A stretch of DNA of 64,000 nt from Thermaerobacter marianensis (GCA_020724425.1 DYGY01000003.1:65233-129232), one strand, 5' to 3'; shown: positions 9,047-17,978, counted from the first letter of the stretch. Made by a program: numbers and translations. Notes: generated by a model not told the origin, from the sequence alone.

Positions 9047-9898
9047 TTGCTACAACCAGTTATCTTCCTACTAAGCTACTCTCTAGCTTTCCTGATTGCC
9101 TCTTTCCTTGAACAAGCCCTATCCCGCCTAAAGGTCTTTCCAGAGAAGCAAACCCATCTCCCTCAACACCAGGAAAAAAGATATACTCCGGCAATGGGAG
9201 GCCTAGCTTTCATCCTCCCTTTACTAATCCTTCTACCATTCATTACAACTAAGGAACCCATTCTGGCGATGCTTCTTTTTGGTTTGCTCGGCATGATTGA
9301 TGATATGAAAAAAGCCTTTAGTTCAAAAAAACGTGGACTAAAGGCACGGTTCAAGTTCATTTTTCAAATATTGATTGCAGCAATAGTAGCTGTATATTTA
9401 GAAACCCCTGTACTCTGGGGAATACTAGTCCTTCTAGCTACAGTGAATGCTGTTAACCTTACCGATGGAATTGATGGGGCAGCAGCAGGAATAGTGGTTC
9501 TAATGCTAATTGGAGCACTCCTTTTCCTACCAGGCCACCTATCAATTCTTGCAGCCCTGCTAGGAAGCCTATTAGCCTTCAAATACTTTAACCAGTATCC
9601 CGCTCGTCTCTTCATGGGAGATACCGGTTCTCTAGCCCTCGGAGGCTTTCTAGGCACACTTGCCTTACAAACAGGAACCGAAATCTATCTTCTCACCGGA
9701 GGCTTAGTACTTGTCATCGAGACTCTATCAGTAATGATGCAGGTAATATACTTTAAAATTAGCAAGGGTAGAAGACTCCTCTTGATGAGCCCCCTGCATC
9801 ATCACTTAGAACTGAAAGGCTACAAAGAAACACAGATCAATCAGCTATTCACCTTCCTGACAACCCTGGGAATATTGCTCTATCTCAATATCATTTAA
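9047..9898 (+). CDS. MraY-like phospho-N-acetylmuramoyl-pentapeptide transferase homologue (GT4 polyprenyl-phosphate sugar-phosphate transferase family)
   Basis: KRYTPAMGG, NAVNLTDGIDGAAAG, FMGDTGSLALGG motifs. The start is probably TTG at 9047 (AAGGAGG SD at 9029). It is somewhat short (283 aa) for a canonical MraY. Confidence 0.6.
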   Translation: MLQPVIFLLSYSLAFLIASFLEQALSRLKVFPEKQTHLPQHQEKRYTPAMGGLAFILPLLILLPFITTKEPILAMLLFGLLGMIDDMKKAFSSKKRGLKARFKFIFQILIAAIVAVYLETPVLWGILVLLATVNAVNLTDGIDGAAAGIVVLMLIGALLFLPGHLSILAALLGSLLAFKYFNQYPARLFMGDTGSLALGGFLGTLALQTGTEIYLLTGGLVLVIETLSVMMQVIYFKISKGRRLLLMSPLHHHLELKGYKETQINQLFTFLTTLGILLYLNII

Positions 9899-9907
9899 AC
9901 CCTATGA

Positions 9908-9932
9908 GAAAAGACTCCAGTGGAGTCTTTTC
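9908..9932. terminator. Bidirectional terminator hairpin between the MraY-like and DUF1540 genes
   Basis: AAAAGACTCCA-g-TGGAGTCTTTT. Confidence 0.7.
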
Positions 9933-9933
9933 A

Positions 9934-10137
9934 TTAGCGACTGCGATAGGTTGTGCACTGAGTCTTGTTAGAAGCTCCTGCAGAGTGATCATTAGTTACA
10001 TTAGTCATCTCATGTGAGCCTCTGTTTGCTGTTGCATGAGTCACATTAACCTCAATACCATCAGCTTCACATAAGTCTCCTCTGCCCCAGTAATAGCAGT
10101 CAGAGACCGTGCATTTGACACTAGTCAAAGCAATCAC
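9934..10137 (-). CDS. DUF1540-family small cysteine-rich protein (sporulation-associated in Bacilli/Clostridia)
   Basis: Duplicated VKCTVSDCYYW / CEADGIEV motif. The likely real start is TTG 12 nt inside (GGAGGTG SD). Confidence 0.6.
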   Translation of the reverse strand: MIALTSVKCTVSDCYYWGRGDLCEADGIEVNVTHATANRGSHEMTNVTNDHSAGASNKTQCTTYRSR

Positions 10138-10161
10138 CTCCGCTTGTTAGCCTGCATCAAA

Positions 10162-10698
10162 TTAAGATAAATCATACTTGAAACGACGCAAAGCATAAAG
10201 CAAAGGTATAGCTAAAGCAATACTAACAGATCCCTGAATCACATTGGCAGGAGTATCAATTAAAGCTACAGCCCAACCATAAAAATATGCAGCTGCAAAA
10301 AAGTAGCCTACAGCCATCCAGCTAGCACCTGCTACCATGGCCAAGACAACATTTAGAGAAACCTTCCTGCTCCGAAATGCCTTGCTACCAAGAAACCCTA
10401 CAATAGCTCCCTCTAGACCTTTAATCACAAAAGTCCAAGGAGCCCACATGGCATAGCCTGCCTGTAAATCAGCTAAAGCTGAACCCAAGCCACCAGCTAA
10501 AAAACCAACCTTTGGTCCAAAAAGCAAAGCCGAAACAAAAATCATCACATCACCAACATTAACATAACCCTGAGTAGCAGATAAAGGAATACGAATTACT
10601 AGTGTAGCTAATGCAACAAGACCAATCAATAGTGCAGTTACCGTTAATTGCCTAACCTTCATAAGCATCATCTCCCAAAAAAAAATACCCCGGTCCAA
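10162..10698 (-). CDS. ECF-transporter substrate-specific (S) component, probably cobalamin-type (CbrT-like)
   Basis: 178-aa polytopic membrane protein with the S-component fold pattern (ATQGYVNVGDVMIFVSALLFG). It is preceded by a cobalamin-like riboswitch. Confidence 0.6.
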   Translation of the reverse strand: MDRGIFFWEMMLMKVRQLTVTALLIGLVALATLVIRIPLSATQGYVNVGDVMIFVSALLFGPKVGFLAGGLGSALADLQAGYAMWAPWTFVIKGLEGAIVGFLGSKAFRSRKVSLNVVLAMVAGASWMAVGYFFAAAYFYGWAVALIDTPANVIQGSVSIALAIPLLYALRRFKYDLS

Positions 10699-10704
10699 CC
10701 GGGG
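10675..10704 (-). terminator. Intrinsic terminator/attenuator forming the expression platform of the upstream riboswitch
   Basis: CCCCGGTTGGACCGGGG hairpin followed by a U9 tract, placed immediately 5' of the S-component RBS. Confidence 0.65.
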
Positions 10705-10899
10705 CTATTTGGAGATAGCAAAATACGACTGCCATTAAGCAGCCATATTTACCCTTCTCCCATTCAGACTATACTGTCGGTACCGGATTCTCACCGGCTC
10801 AACCGCTGGGGCTGATGGACTCGTCCTTACAAGGCATCACCACCGGTCAGGAATTGGCTTACGCCTCACCTTGCCCCGAAGGGAAATATTCCTTTATCA
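10705..10899 (-). promoter_or_regulatory. Probable cobalamin (B12) riboswitch aptamer in the 5' leader of the ECF S-component gene
   Basis: The minus-strand RNA contains GAGCCGGUGAGAAUCCGGUACCGACAGUAUAGUCUGAAUGGGAGAAGG. This matches the conserved GGUGnnAAnUCC...CnACUGUnA...GGGAAGG core of the cobalamin element. It sits between a sigma-A-like promoter and the terminator. Confidence 0.5.
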
Positions 10900-10905
10900 A
10901 TATAC

Positions 10906-10935
10906 ATTATACATCCTCAAAATTACTCTAGACAA
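10906..10935 (-). promoter_or_regulatory. Sigma-A-type promoter (TTGTCT-18-TATAAT) driving the riboswitch leader
   Basis: Read on the minus strand: TTGTCTagagtaattttgaggatgTATAAT. Confidence 0.45.
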
Positions 10936-11915
10936 TGTCTTTTTATCAGTCTAGCTACCATCTCCGGACTAATCACATTAATGTTAATACCTGTACTTAA
11001 CTCAAACCCTGCAGCAGCACCAAGTCTTGGATATATCTCCATATGCCAGTGGAAATCATCCTCATCTCTAGGACTAGTGTGAATAAAATAGTTGTATGGG
11101 GGACTATCCAAAACCTTAGCCATCATCGATAGAGTTTTTCCTAGAACATTAGCTAAATCCTCTGTTTCCTCAAAAGACAGATCAAAACGTTCTTTATGAG
11201 AATGTGGTACAATCCACATTTCATAAGGAATGAAAGAAGCAAAAGGAGCAAAAACCGAAAAATGCTCTCCCTCATAAATAAGTCTCTCTGATTCCTGTTC
11301 CGCTCCTAAAACATCACAATACACGCAGCGACCGGTTTTTCTTAGATATCTATTGTAACCATCAATCTCAGCCATGATGACCGGAGGCCTTTGATTCATC
11401 GCAATAATCTGTGAATGGGGATGAAGCAAAGAAGCCCCTGCTTCCGATTGATCATTATGAAAAATACTTACATACTGAATCCCTGGTCTCTGGCTTAATG
11501 CCTGATATCTCTCTAGATACAGCAATAGAAGCTTCCTTAGCTGCTCATTAGACATCTGTTCTGGACCACTCCAGTGTTCTCTAGTTTCCACAATAACCTC
11601 ATGATGTCCCCAGCCAGGCAATCGTTTAAACAAATCCCTATGTTCTCCTAGCACTACCTCTTTTGGCTTGCTAGTTAAAGCAGGATACTTATTAGGAATT
11701 ACCCTAAGTTCCCAATCCCCTCTCTTAGGAATCCTTAAAATCTCCTCTGGAGTATAATGCTCATGACCCGGACAAAAGGGACAATTATCAATATCTCCCA
11801 AATATTTATCTTTCTTCTGCCCTTTAGAATAGGAGAACTCTTTAGGCCTATTTAATCTTTCTGAAGCAACAATGACCCACCGCCCAGTAACGGGGTCCTG
11901 CCTCCACTCCGACAC
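10923..11915 (-). CDS. galT: Galactose-1-phosphate uridylyltransferase (HIT-like GalT family)
   Basis: CPFCPGHE zinc knuckle, HPHSQIIAMN active-site HxH motif; 330 aa. Confidence 0.8.
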   Translation of the reverse strand: MSEWRQDPVTGRWVIVASERLNRPKEFSYSKGQKKDKYLGDIDNCPFCPGHEHYTPEEILRIPKRGDWELRVIPNKYPALTSKPKEVVLGEHRDLFKRLPGWGHHEVIVETREHWSGPEQMSNEQLRKLLLLYLERYQALSQRPGIQYVSIFHNDQSEAGASLLHPHSQIIAMNQRPPVIMAEIDGYNRYLRKTGRCVYCDVLGAEQESERLIYEGEHFSVFAPFASFIPYEMWIVPHSHKERFDLSFEETEDLANVLGKTLSMMAKVLDSPPYNYFIHTSPRDEDDFHWHMEIYPRLGAAAGFELSTGININVISPEMVARLIKRHCLE

Positions 11916-11931
11916 CCAAAACAGCTCCTTC

Positions 11932-12756
11932 CTAATGCACCATATCTAACATGGAAAGACCAGCAAAAAAGACATCCAGATAATTATCTGACCGCCAGGA
12001 TACTGTGTAAGCATCTACCAGAACAGACCCAGGAAAAACACTAGCCTTTTCTGCAAGACCAGTCTGGTTGAATACCAATTCCAGCTCTACCGGATTTTCG
12101 ATCATCATAAGCCCTAATTCTCCATTGATTAGTTTCTCAACCGCCTTTTTAGCTCCCGTCTCTATCAAATTATAACTAATCGAAGGATGTAACAGATTAC
12201 CCACCTGTTTCCCGATAGCATCCTTCACAACCACAGTCTCCACTCCAGGTAATATATCCTTGGCTTCCTGACAGACAATATTATCCCCAGTAACTAGTCC
12301 TACAGGAACACCAAAACTAGCAGCTACCAATGCATTAACTCCCGTCTCACCATAAGCAACTCCATTAATCTTAAAATCTTTAACTTTACCAGAATAGGTA
12401 TGATTCAATATACCAAAACTTCCTGCTTTAGCGTGATAGCCAATGAATAGAGCTAATGCTGCTCCCTTAACACCCTCCATCATGCTCATCTTCTTAGCAC
12501 TACCACTTATTAATCTAGACCGACTATCAAGTTTCTCAATAAGGATATTCCTCATATCCGCATGAGAATCATTAACTAGTACCTCAGTTGCTCCCCCCGC
12601 AAAAACACCTCTAATAGCTGCATTAACCTCTTGGGTCATAACCTCCTGAAATCTCTCATACTCTCTGCCTTCTTTAGAGTTAACCTGAGAGCCCTCAACA
12701 ACACCACTAACACCTTCCATATCTGCGGAAATATATACACGCAAATCAATCACCAC
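11932..12756 (-). CDS. dppA: D-aminopeptidase DppA (peptidase M55)
   Basis: MVIDLRVYISADMEGVSGVV...HADMRN motifs of M55. Confidence 0.75.
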   Translation of the reverse strand: MVIDLRVYISADMEGVSGVVEGSQVNSKEGREYERFQEVMTQEVNAAIRGVFAGGATEVLVNDSHADMRNILIEKLDSRSRLISGSAKKMSMMEGVKGAALALFIGYHAKAGSFGILNHTYSGKVKDFKINGVAYGETGVNALVAASFGVPVGLVTGDNIVCQEAKDILPGVETVVVKDAIGKQVGNLLHPSISYNLIETGAKKAVEKLINGELGLMMIENPVELELVFNQTGLAEKASVFPGSVLVDAYTVSWRSDNYLDVFFAGLSMLDMVH

Positions 12757-12956
12757 CTTTTTTATTATTTTTCTCTATAATCCGAAAATTACCTACATGT
12801 TTTTGGATATACCCGGGTATAACTAACAGTGCAACGGTGAGAAGAATGGTTTCGCCTTTACTGATACTCGTTGGCGAGCGAGCACCGTTGCTTTTATGTA
12901 TAAATTCTTTTTTAATGGAAACATTATTGGTAGATATGAATAAGGAGGTCATTTTA

Positions 12957-13208
12957 GTGGGTCTAACCAATACCTTTGATCAATTTACAGACCAATTGGC
13001 AACAGCTATGAAAACAGCTCAGCACATGGGCATGTCACAACAGGATATCGTTGCTAATGCAGAACGCGTTGGTGACTGGCTGGCTCAAGAAGTCTCTCCA
13101 CAAAGCCCTGAACAACGCCTTCTAAAAGAAATGTGGAACGCCAGCAACAATCAAGAACAACAGACCATTGCCGGCGTCTTAGTTAAAATGGTTCAACAGC
13201 ATCACTAG
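12957..13208 (+). CDS. DUF3243-like small protein
   Basis: VGLTNTFDQFTDQLATAMKTAQHMGMSQQDIVANAERVGDWLAQEV. GTG start with AAGGAGG SD at 12942. Confidence 0.45.
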   Translation: MGLTNTFDQFTDQLATAMKTAQHMGMSQQDIVANAERVGDWLAQEVSPQSPEQRLLKEMWNASNNQEQQTIAGVLVKMVQQHH

Positions 13209-13258
13209 ACAATTTTACGAGTTGGGCATACCCCAAAGTGCCCCTCTCTCCCAACAAA

Positions 13259-13295
13259 GACTCCTCCTCCAAGCCGGGAGGAGTCTCCTATTTTA
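13259..13295. terminator. Bidirectional terminator between convergent genes
   Basis: GACTCCTCC-N9-GGAGGAGTC followed by a T-rich stretch. Confidence 0.7.
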
Positions 13296-13739
13296 ATCCC
13301 AATTCTTATTGTACTTCACCTCGGAAGGATCATAAAAAACAAATTTATTCAAGAACATACTAATCTGTCTCTCATAATCTCTCACTGGCGCTTCATCCTT
13401 TGCCTTGCTCCAGGAACTTACAGTTGTAATAAAGTTTCCTTCCCGATAAAGAGCTAAAGCAGGCAAATATTCCACATCAAAAGTAGAATAGACCTTTCTC
13501 TCAGCCTCATACCCCTCAAAGATATCTGCATATTCAGCCACATCAACCTCAACCACTTTTAATTCATTATGTTCCTTAGTAACATTCATTACCGCCTCGG
13601 TCCAGTTCTTAAAGGCTCGCTCTTTAGACCGCAAATTAACTAGTACAGGCTTATCTGCTTCAAGGACCTCTTTTTCAAACTCTTCTCTGCTAATCTTTTT
13701 CATAATACTTGTGGCGTGGATACCCGTGACTTCAGTCAT
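13293..13739 (-). CDS. Thioredoxin-fold protein lacking the CxxC motif; the 5' end, including the start codon, lies inside repeat copy A
   Basis: KPVLVNLRS...LKVVEVDVAEYADIFEGY...LPALALYREG resembles a thioredoxin fold with SKER replacing CGPC. The first 13 codons (MTEVTGIHATSIM) are shared with repeat copy B. Confidence 0.45.
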   Translation of the reverse strand: MTEVTGIHATSIMKKISREEFEKEVLEADKPVLVNLRSKERAFKNWTEAVMNVTKEHNELKVVEVDVAEYADIFEGYEAERKVYSTFDVEYLPALALYREGNFITTVSSWSKAKDEAPVRDYERQISMFLNKFVFYDPSEVKYNKNWD

Positions 13740-13990
13740 GGGAGGAACGCCATCCTCCTTTTTTAGTATGATTGCTAGTTTTTTTGTAATACTTAAAATC
13801 TTGTCGGCAAACTATTCTAGAAAACTAGCAAAACTAGTAATTTTCTTTTCGCCAATGTTATCCAACAGTTTTTTGTTGACAGCACTGTTCCTACCCCTCA
13901 GAACTGTTTAACCATCAACCGCAGTGCTAGGCTAGTCAATCAGAACTTGTGTCTAGGTCAAGCCATCGACTTTAGTCGTGGGTAATTGAC
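13693..13990 (-). repeat. Copy A of a ~300-bp diverged repeated element (inverted relative to copy B)
   Basis: The reverse complement aligns with 41544-41915 at roughly 90% identity, apart from a 63-nt indel. It contains a GGAGGAACGCCATCCTCC-T6 hairpin/terminator and an 18-nt stretch identical to the last codons of the MFS gene next to copy B. Confidence 0.8.
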
Positions 13991-14120
13991 ATTCAGTTCT
14001 GGTTTAAAACCAGTAGCACCTCCAAACAAAAAGTTTCTCAAACTACTAATACTTTATCATTCCTGCAGGAATAGGAAAAGACCCTGTTCCTACTTGGAAC
14101 AGGGTCTTCTGGTAGTTTTC

Positions 14121-14543
14121 CTAGAACTGAGCAGTAATGTTACCACGGACAGCAGAAGTGACCTGCTGGAATGTCTGGCTTAAATGAGAACTCAGTTCAT
14201 GAATTCTTTGCATATGCTGCTGCTGCTGAGCGACCGGTACAGCACCTTGTTTTAGATCCCAAGTCAAACGGGCAATCTCATTAAAGGCACCCTTACTTGC
14301 TTCAACAAGCCTATCTACCTGCTGTACCTGCATCTGACTCTGAATTGGCTGAGCTGCTACACCAATAGGTTGCTGCCACTGGGCATACTGAGTATAGGGT
14401 TGATAAGCCTGCTGACCATACTGACCGGCAAACTGACCTACGTGTGCTCCTGTCTGCTGCAAGAAACTGCTAACTGGACCCTGAGTCTGGCCAAACTGAC
14501 CATAGTTCTGCTGTTGTCCATATTGAGTATATGGCATCAACAT
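14121..14543 (-). CDS. Gln/Tyr-rich hypothetical protein (possible spore-coat-like protein)
   Basis: N-terminal QQNYGQFGQTQG... low-complexity Q/Y-rich region, followed downstream by a strong hairpin terminator (14069-14097). Confidence 0.35.
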   Translation of the reverse strand: MLMPYTQYGQQQNYGQFGQTQGPVSSFLQQTGAHVGQFAGQYGQQAYQPYTQYAQWQQPIGVAAQPIQSQMQVQQVDRLVEASKGAFNEIARLTWDLKQGAVPVAQQQQHMQRIHELSSHLSQTFQQVTSAVRGNITAQF

Positions 14544-14623
14544 GGCACCTCCTTAAGGAATTTTTATTGCACGACAATATTTTCTCCTTAAGAAGCCCTA
14601 TTATGTTTAGAAAAAAATTCTAA

Positions 14624-14968
14624 TTATCTGGAATACTTAAAAACTCTAACATCCTCAATAGTTACTAATCCTTCCCTAACAACCTCATTAACAAAAGGCA
14701 GAAACATCTCAATATATTCCTTGCTATCAATAATCTCTACCACTATGGGAAGATCAGTTGAGAGATCAAGAAGCCTTGCAGTATGAATCCGGCTATTAGC
14801 TCCAAAACCCTCAATACATCGATAAACAGTAGCTCCGGCCATTCCCATCTCCTTTGCCTTAACCACAAGCACATGATACAAAGGTTCACTATTTAAGCGA
14901 TCTCTTTCACCAACATAAATCGTTAATCTTTGTGTTGGCTGACCAATCCTCGGTTCCACTGACCTCAA
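14624..14968 (-). CDS. DUF190 (PII-like) protein commonly paired with CrcB
   Basis: RLTIYVGERDR...ATVYRCIEGFG; 4-bp overlap with crcB. Confidence 0.65.
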   Translation of the reverse strand: MRSVEPRIGQPTQRLTIYVGERDRLNSEPLYHVLVVKAKEMGMAGATVYRCIEGFGANSRIHTARLLDLSTDLPIVVEIIDSKEYIEMFLPFVNEVVREGLVTIEDVRVFKYSR

Positions 14969-15357
14969 CCTCCCTTAACCAGATTAACCAAGCCTCTGCC
15001 AGCTAATACTGCCAAAACACCAAAAACAACTGATAACCCTACATTAGCACTAAAGAGCTTCCAGTTGCCCTCTCTCAACAACAATACATTTTCCAAACTA
15101 AAAGTCGAAAATGTAGTAAAAGAACCTAAAAATCCTACCATGCCAAATAGTCTCAAATCCGAAGGTACAATAGATTGCTCAAAGGCCAAACTATATGCAA
15201 TCCCGATTAAAAAAGCCCCTGACATATTAACCACAAAGGTACCTAAAGGAAAACCTGTACTAAAAAGAGCCTGAAACCAATTGGAAAGAACATATCGGAA
15301 CAATGCTCCAAGAGCTCCACCAGCTGCAATATAGAAATATATTATGTACTTATCCAC
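14965..15357 (-). CDS. crcB: Fluoride ion channel CrcB/Fluc
   Basis: 130-aa, 4-TM protein with GGALGALFRY and GFLGSFTTFSTFS motifs. Confidence 0.8.
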   Translation of the reverse strand: MDKYIIYFYIAAGGALGALFRYVLSNWFQALFSTGFPLGTFVVNMSGAFLIGIAYSLAFEQSIVPSDLRLFGMVGFLGSFTTFSTFSLENVLLLREGNWKLFSANVGLSVVFGVLAVLAGRGLVNLVKGG

Positions 15358-15452
15358 ATGAACATCTCCTAATATTGGATTGTCGCCTCTGCAAAAACAT
15401 CGCTCTTTAGAAGAATAATAGATATAATAGAAAGCAGAGAGGAGGTCCTTTT

Positions 15453-16022
15453 ATGTCACAAGCTCGTCTCTTGATTGATTTAGATGGTACCACAGTTGAC
15501 ATGATGAAAAAATGGCTCAACCTATACAATAAAGATTATAACGACAGCCTTACTGTTAATGATATCAAAGACTGGGATACACATAAATGGGTTAAGAAAG
15601 AATGTGGCAAGAAGATTTATCACTATCTCTCAAGACCTGGTTTTTTTAGAGACTTAGAACCATACCCCCATGCCATTGATGTCTTACGTCGCTTAAGCAA
15701 AGACTTTGATGTTGTTATCGTCACTGCCAGCCCACGAATCGGGCATAGTGATAAGACCCTCTGGGTTCGCAATAATCTTCCTTTTATACCAAGACGTAAT
15801 ATTATCTTTGCCCATCGAAAAGACCTTGTTCGCGGTGATCTCCTATTTGATGATTCACCAGATAACCTAGATGCCTTTCCCGGCATAACTGTAGCCTTAA
15901 GGCATGAATATAATAAGCATATTAACTCTCACCTTGTTGATTCCTGGTTAGAATTTGAAGATTTTGTATTAACACTCTTCACAAAAAAACAAAAATCATT
16001 GGACAAATTAGAGAAAATATGA
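15453..16022 (+). CDS. HAD-family 5'(3')-deoxyribonucleotidase
   Basis: LIDLDGT motif I, VIVTASP motif II, C-terminal DD motif. Confidence 0.65.
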   Translation: MSQARLLIDLDGTTVDMMKKWLNLYNKDYNDSLTVNDIKDWDTHKWVKKECGKKIYHYLSRPGFFRDLEPYPHAIDVLRRLSKDFDVVIVTASPRIGHSDKTLWVRNNLPFIPRRNIIFAHRKDLVRGDLLFDDSPDNLDAFPGITVALRHEYNKHINSHLVDSWLEFEDFVLTLFTKKQKSLDKLEKI

Positions 16023-16073
16023 TAACCTTAGGACTGTCCCAATATTTTTCAAAAAGAAAAGAGGTATTTCAGT

Positions 16074-16274
16074 TTGTTAGGAACAGTTAAATGGTTCAAC
16101 GCAGAAAAAGGCTATGGGTTTATTACTAGAGAAGATGGCGAAGGTGACGTTTTTGTTCACTTCTCCGCAATCTTAGGTGACGGTTTCAGAACTCTTGAAG
16201 AAGGTCAGAAAGTTACTTTCGAAGTTGTTGATGGAGACAAAGGACCACAGGCACAGAACGTAGAGAAGGCTTAA
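16074..16274 (+). CDS. Cold-shock protein (CspA family)
   Basis: [15 protein letters not shown]...[11 protein letters not shown]1/RNP2 motifs; TTG start. Confidence 0.9.
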   Translation: MLGTVKWFNAEKGYGFITREDGEGDVFVHFSAILGDGFRTLEEGQKVTFEVVDGDKGPQAQNVEKA

Positions 16275-16307
16275 TCTTTCAAAGATAAGACTTTAAGGGA
16301 CCAAAAA

Positions 16308-16330
16308 GGCGCCGTAATGGCGCCTTTTTT
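16308..16330. terminator. Rho-independent terminator (bidirectional)
   Basis: GGCGCC-gtaat-GGCGCC followed by TTTTTT. Confidence 0.85.
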
Positions 16331-16333
16331 ACT

Positions 16334-17476
16334 TTATCTACCTGCTGCCTTTAGAACATTCGCTTGATGATGATCCCTTAGCTCATTAGAAAAGTGAGTG
16401 GTACTGTTCCAAAAGTACAAATCGAAATGTCCATCAAACCCATTATTCGATATTGTCTGTACATCATGAGGCATAGCTGACATGGATGCAGCTAATACCC
16501 TTCCATTAGTGTGAACCAGTACTGGACGGGATGCCCACGTCCAACCCCCAAACAACCTTCTGATAGCTTCAGTGTCCTGATAGGTTAGTGGCTCACAATC
16601 AGCATGATTTGAACCACCCATATAGGTAATATTAAACTTTACTCCTGTCTGTAAATCCTCAATCACGGCAGTAGAGCCCACATTGAAAACCCAGCGAGCC
16701 CATTCCCAGTCCAGGAACTCACCATACCCACTAACCTGAGTGCCCTTAGGACCCTCCACATAAACAGCCTCACTCTTACCTACCGGAATATACAGAGGTT
16801 GTCCGGGCATCAGAATCCATGAGTTAAGTCTATTAGTCTCATAAATAGCGTTTACGGTAGTTCCATATTGAATGGCAATACCAGATAGAGTTTCACCTGT
16901 CTTAACTCTATGAAGTACTGAAGACTCTACAGAAGGTGCCTTTACTGTGCTTCCGGGAATAGCTAGAATCTGACCAATCCAGAGTTCCTCAGTATTTAAT
17001 CCATTAGCTCTCTTAATATCATCAACACTAACACCATACATCCCAGCAAGGCGATAAAGAGATTCACCTCTCTCCACTATATGCATACGCTCAAAGGGAA
17101 CTACTAACCTCTGACCGATACTTAACCAGTCAGAGCTAATGCGACTAGCGCTCTTGATATTAGAAACACTCACATTATGTCTTTGTGAGATTAAATAGAG
17201 AGTATCTCCAGCCTGAACATGATAGCGTATACCTTGATCTGTAGTCTTAACAGGAATCCTTAGATACTGCCCTACAGAAAGAGAATCCCTAGACAAATTA
17301 TTAACCTGTTTAATCTCTGCCACACTAGTTCCATACCTGTTAGCCAGTAACCAGAGAGTATCCCCCGACTTTACTGAATAGCCCAACAAACCACTACCAG
17401 CCCACGCTGTACCAGACATCCCTACAGCCATAACCATTGCTAAAACCATTACCGCAATCACCCGCCTCAACTTCAC
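16334..17476 (-). CDS. Secreted protein with four LysM peptidoglycan-binding repeats and a ~150-aa C-terminal domain of unknown function
   Basis: Signal peptide; four YxVxxGDTLxxIAxxYG LysM units; C-terminal domain not recognised. Confidence 0.65.
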   Translation of the reverse strand: MKLRRVIAVMVLAMVMAVGMSGTAWAGSGLLGYSVKSGDTLWLLANRYGTSVAEIKQVNNLSRDSLSVGQYLRIPVKTTDQGIRYHVQAGDTLYLISQRHNVSVSNIKSASRISSDWLSIGQRLVVPFERMHIVERGESLYRLAGMYGVSVDDIKRANGLNTEELWIGQILAIPGSTVKAPSVESSVLHRVKTGETLSGIAIQYGTTVNAIYETNRLNSWILMPGQPLYIPVGKSEAVYVEGPKGTQVSGYGEFLDWEWARWVFNVGSTAVIEDLQTGVKFNITYMGGSNHADCEPLTYQDTEAIRRLFGGWTWASRPVLVHTNGRVLAASMSAMPHDVQTISNNGFDGHFDLYFWNSTTHFSNELRDHHQANVLKAAGR

Positions 17477-17575
17477 GGTTTCACTCCCTCCTTTTAGGAA
17501 ATATTACTTCTTATGGGAAATCTCCTAATCTTTTTCAACAAGGGAGTATTTAAACCCTTCAGGTAAATTGAGGCA

Positions 17576-17896
17576 CTATTCAGGTAACACTATCTTATCA
17601 ACTTCCAGCCAACGATCAACCACCCAGTTATGAACAAGAATTGAATGCTTAGGATTCTGATTAGGTCCTTTGGGGAAAAAAATGAACCGCAAACCTAACT
17701 TATCAGTAACCCCTACATCCTCTGAAGCTAACAGCCCTTCAACAATATCCTTAGCCGCCAAAGAAGCCTCTTCCTCAGACAAAACCACATCTAAAGCATC
17801 TTCTTTAAGCTTCATCTTCGCTAATATCCTAACTAACTCTTTTTCCACATACATACGATGCTTTACAAGTATCTCTACTAAACCAATACCATACAT
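17576..17896 (-). CDS. Hypothetical protein
   Basis: ORF only; no recognisable motif. Confidence 0.3.
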   Translation of the reverse strand: MYGIGLVEILVKHRMYVEKELVRILAKMKLKEDALDVVLSEEEASLAAKDIVEGLLASEDVGVTDKLGLRFIFFPKGPNQNPKHSILVHNWVVDRWLEVDKIVLPE

Positions 17897-17978
17897 TATG
17901 ACTCACCTCCAAGAATAAAGGATTTATATCACTCACACTGAATATGTATAACCAGAACCCAGAGAAAGGAGGGTATAC

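Noticed and set aside
9163-9657. Antisense ORFs 9163..9360 and 9364..9657 inside the MraY-like gene
   Set aside because: They lie entirely within a well-supported gene on the opposite strand, have Arg/Pro-rich low-complexity translations, and have no RBS. Other embedded or antisense ORFs were judged spurious likewise: 4219-4407, 4728-4931, 5156-5410, 5182-5370, 6278-6553, 8926-9111, 12746-12970, 13711-13911, 13986-14183, 14370-14591, 15065-15274, 15623-15886, 17670-17918, 19761-19952, 20505-20693, 21542-21730, 23347-23559, 24256-24742, 27987-28495, 29009-29674, 29906-30121, 30977-31159, 33302-33499, 35041-35241, 36732-37001, 38108-38791, 40285-40473, 40648-41370, 42624-42920, 43241-43450, 45036-45233, 45323-45838, 46529-46720, 47036-47323, 48686-48988, 49996-50193, 54210-54401, 55970-56164, 57058-57321, 58052-58249, 58787-59239, 59473-59730, 62690-63440, 63421-63983.
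13900-13960. LexA/Cheo-box-like GAAC motifs inside the repeated element
   Set aside because: GAACTGTTTAAC and GAACTTGTGTC do not complete the GAAC-N4-GTTC palindrome.
15358-15452. Expected fluoride (crcB-motif) riboswitch upstream of the crcB-DUF190 operon
   Set aside because: The leader lacks the GGCGAUGGnGUUCGCC...CUGAUGA core. No convincing aptamer was seen by eye; a cmsearch would be needed to be sure.
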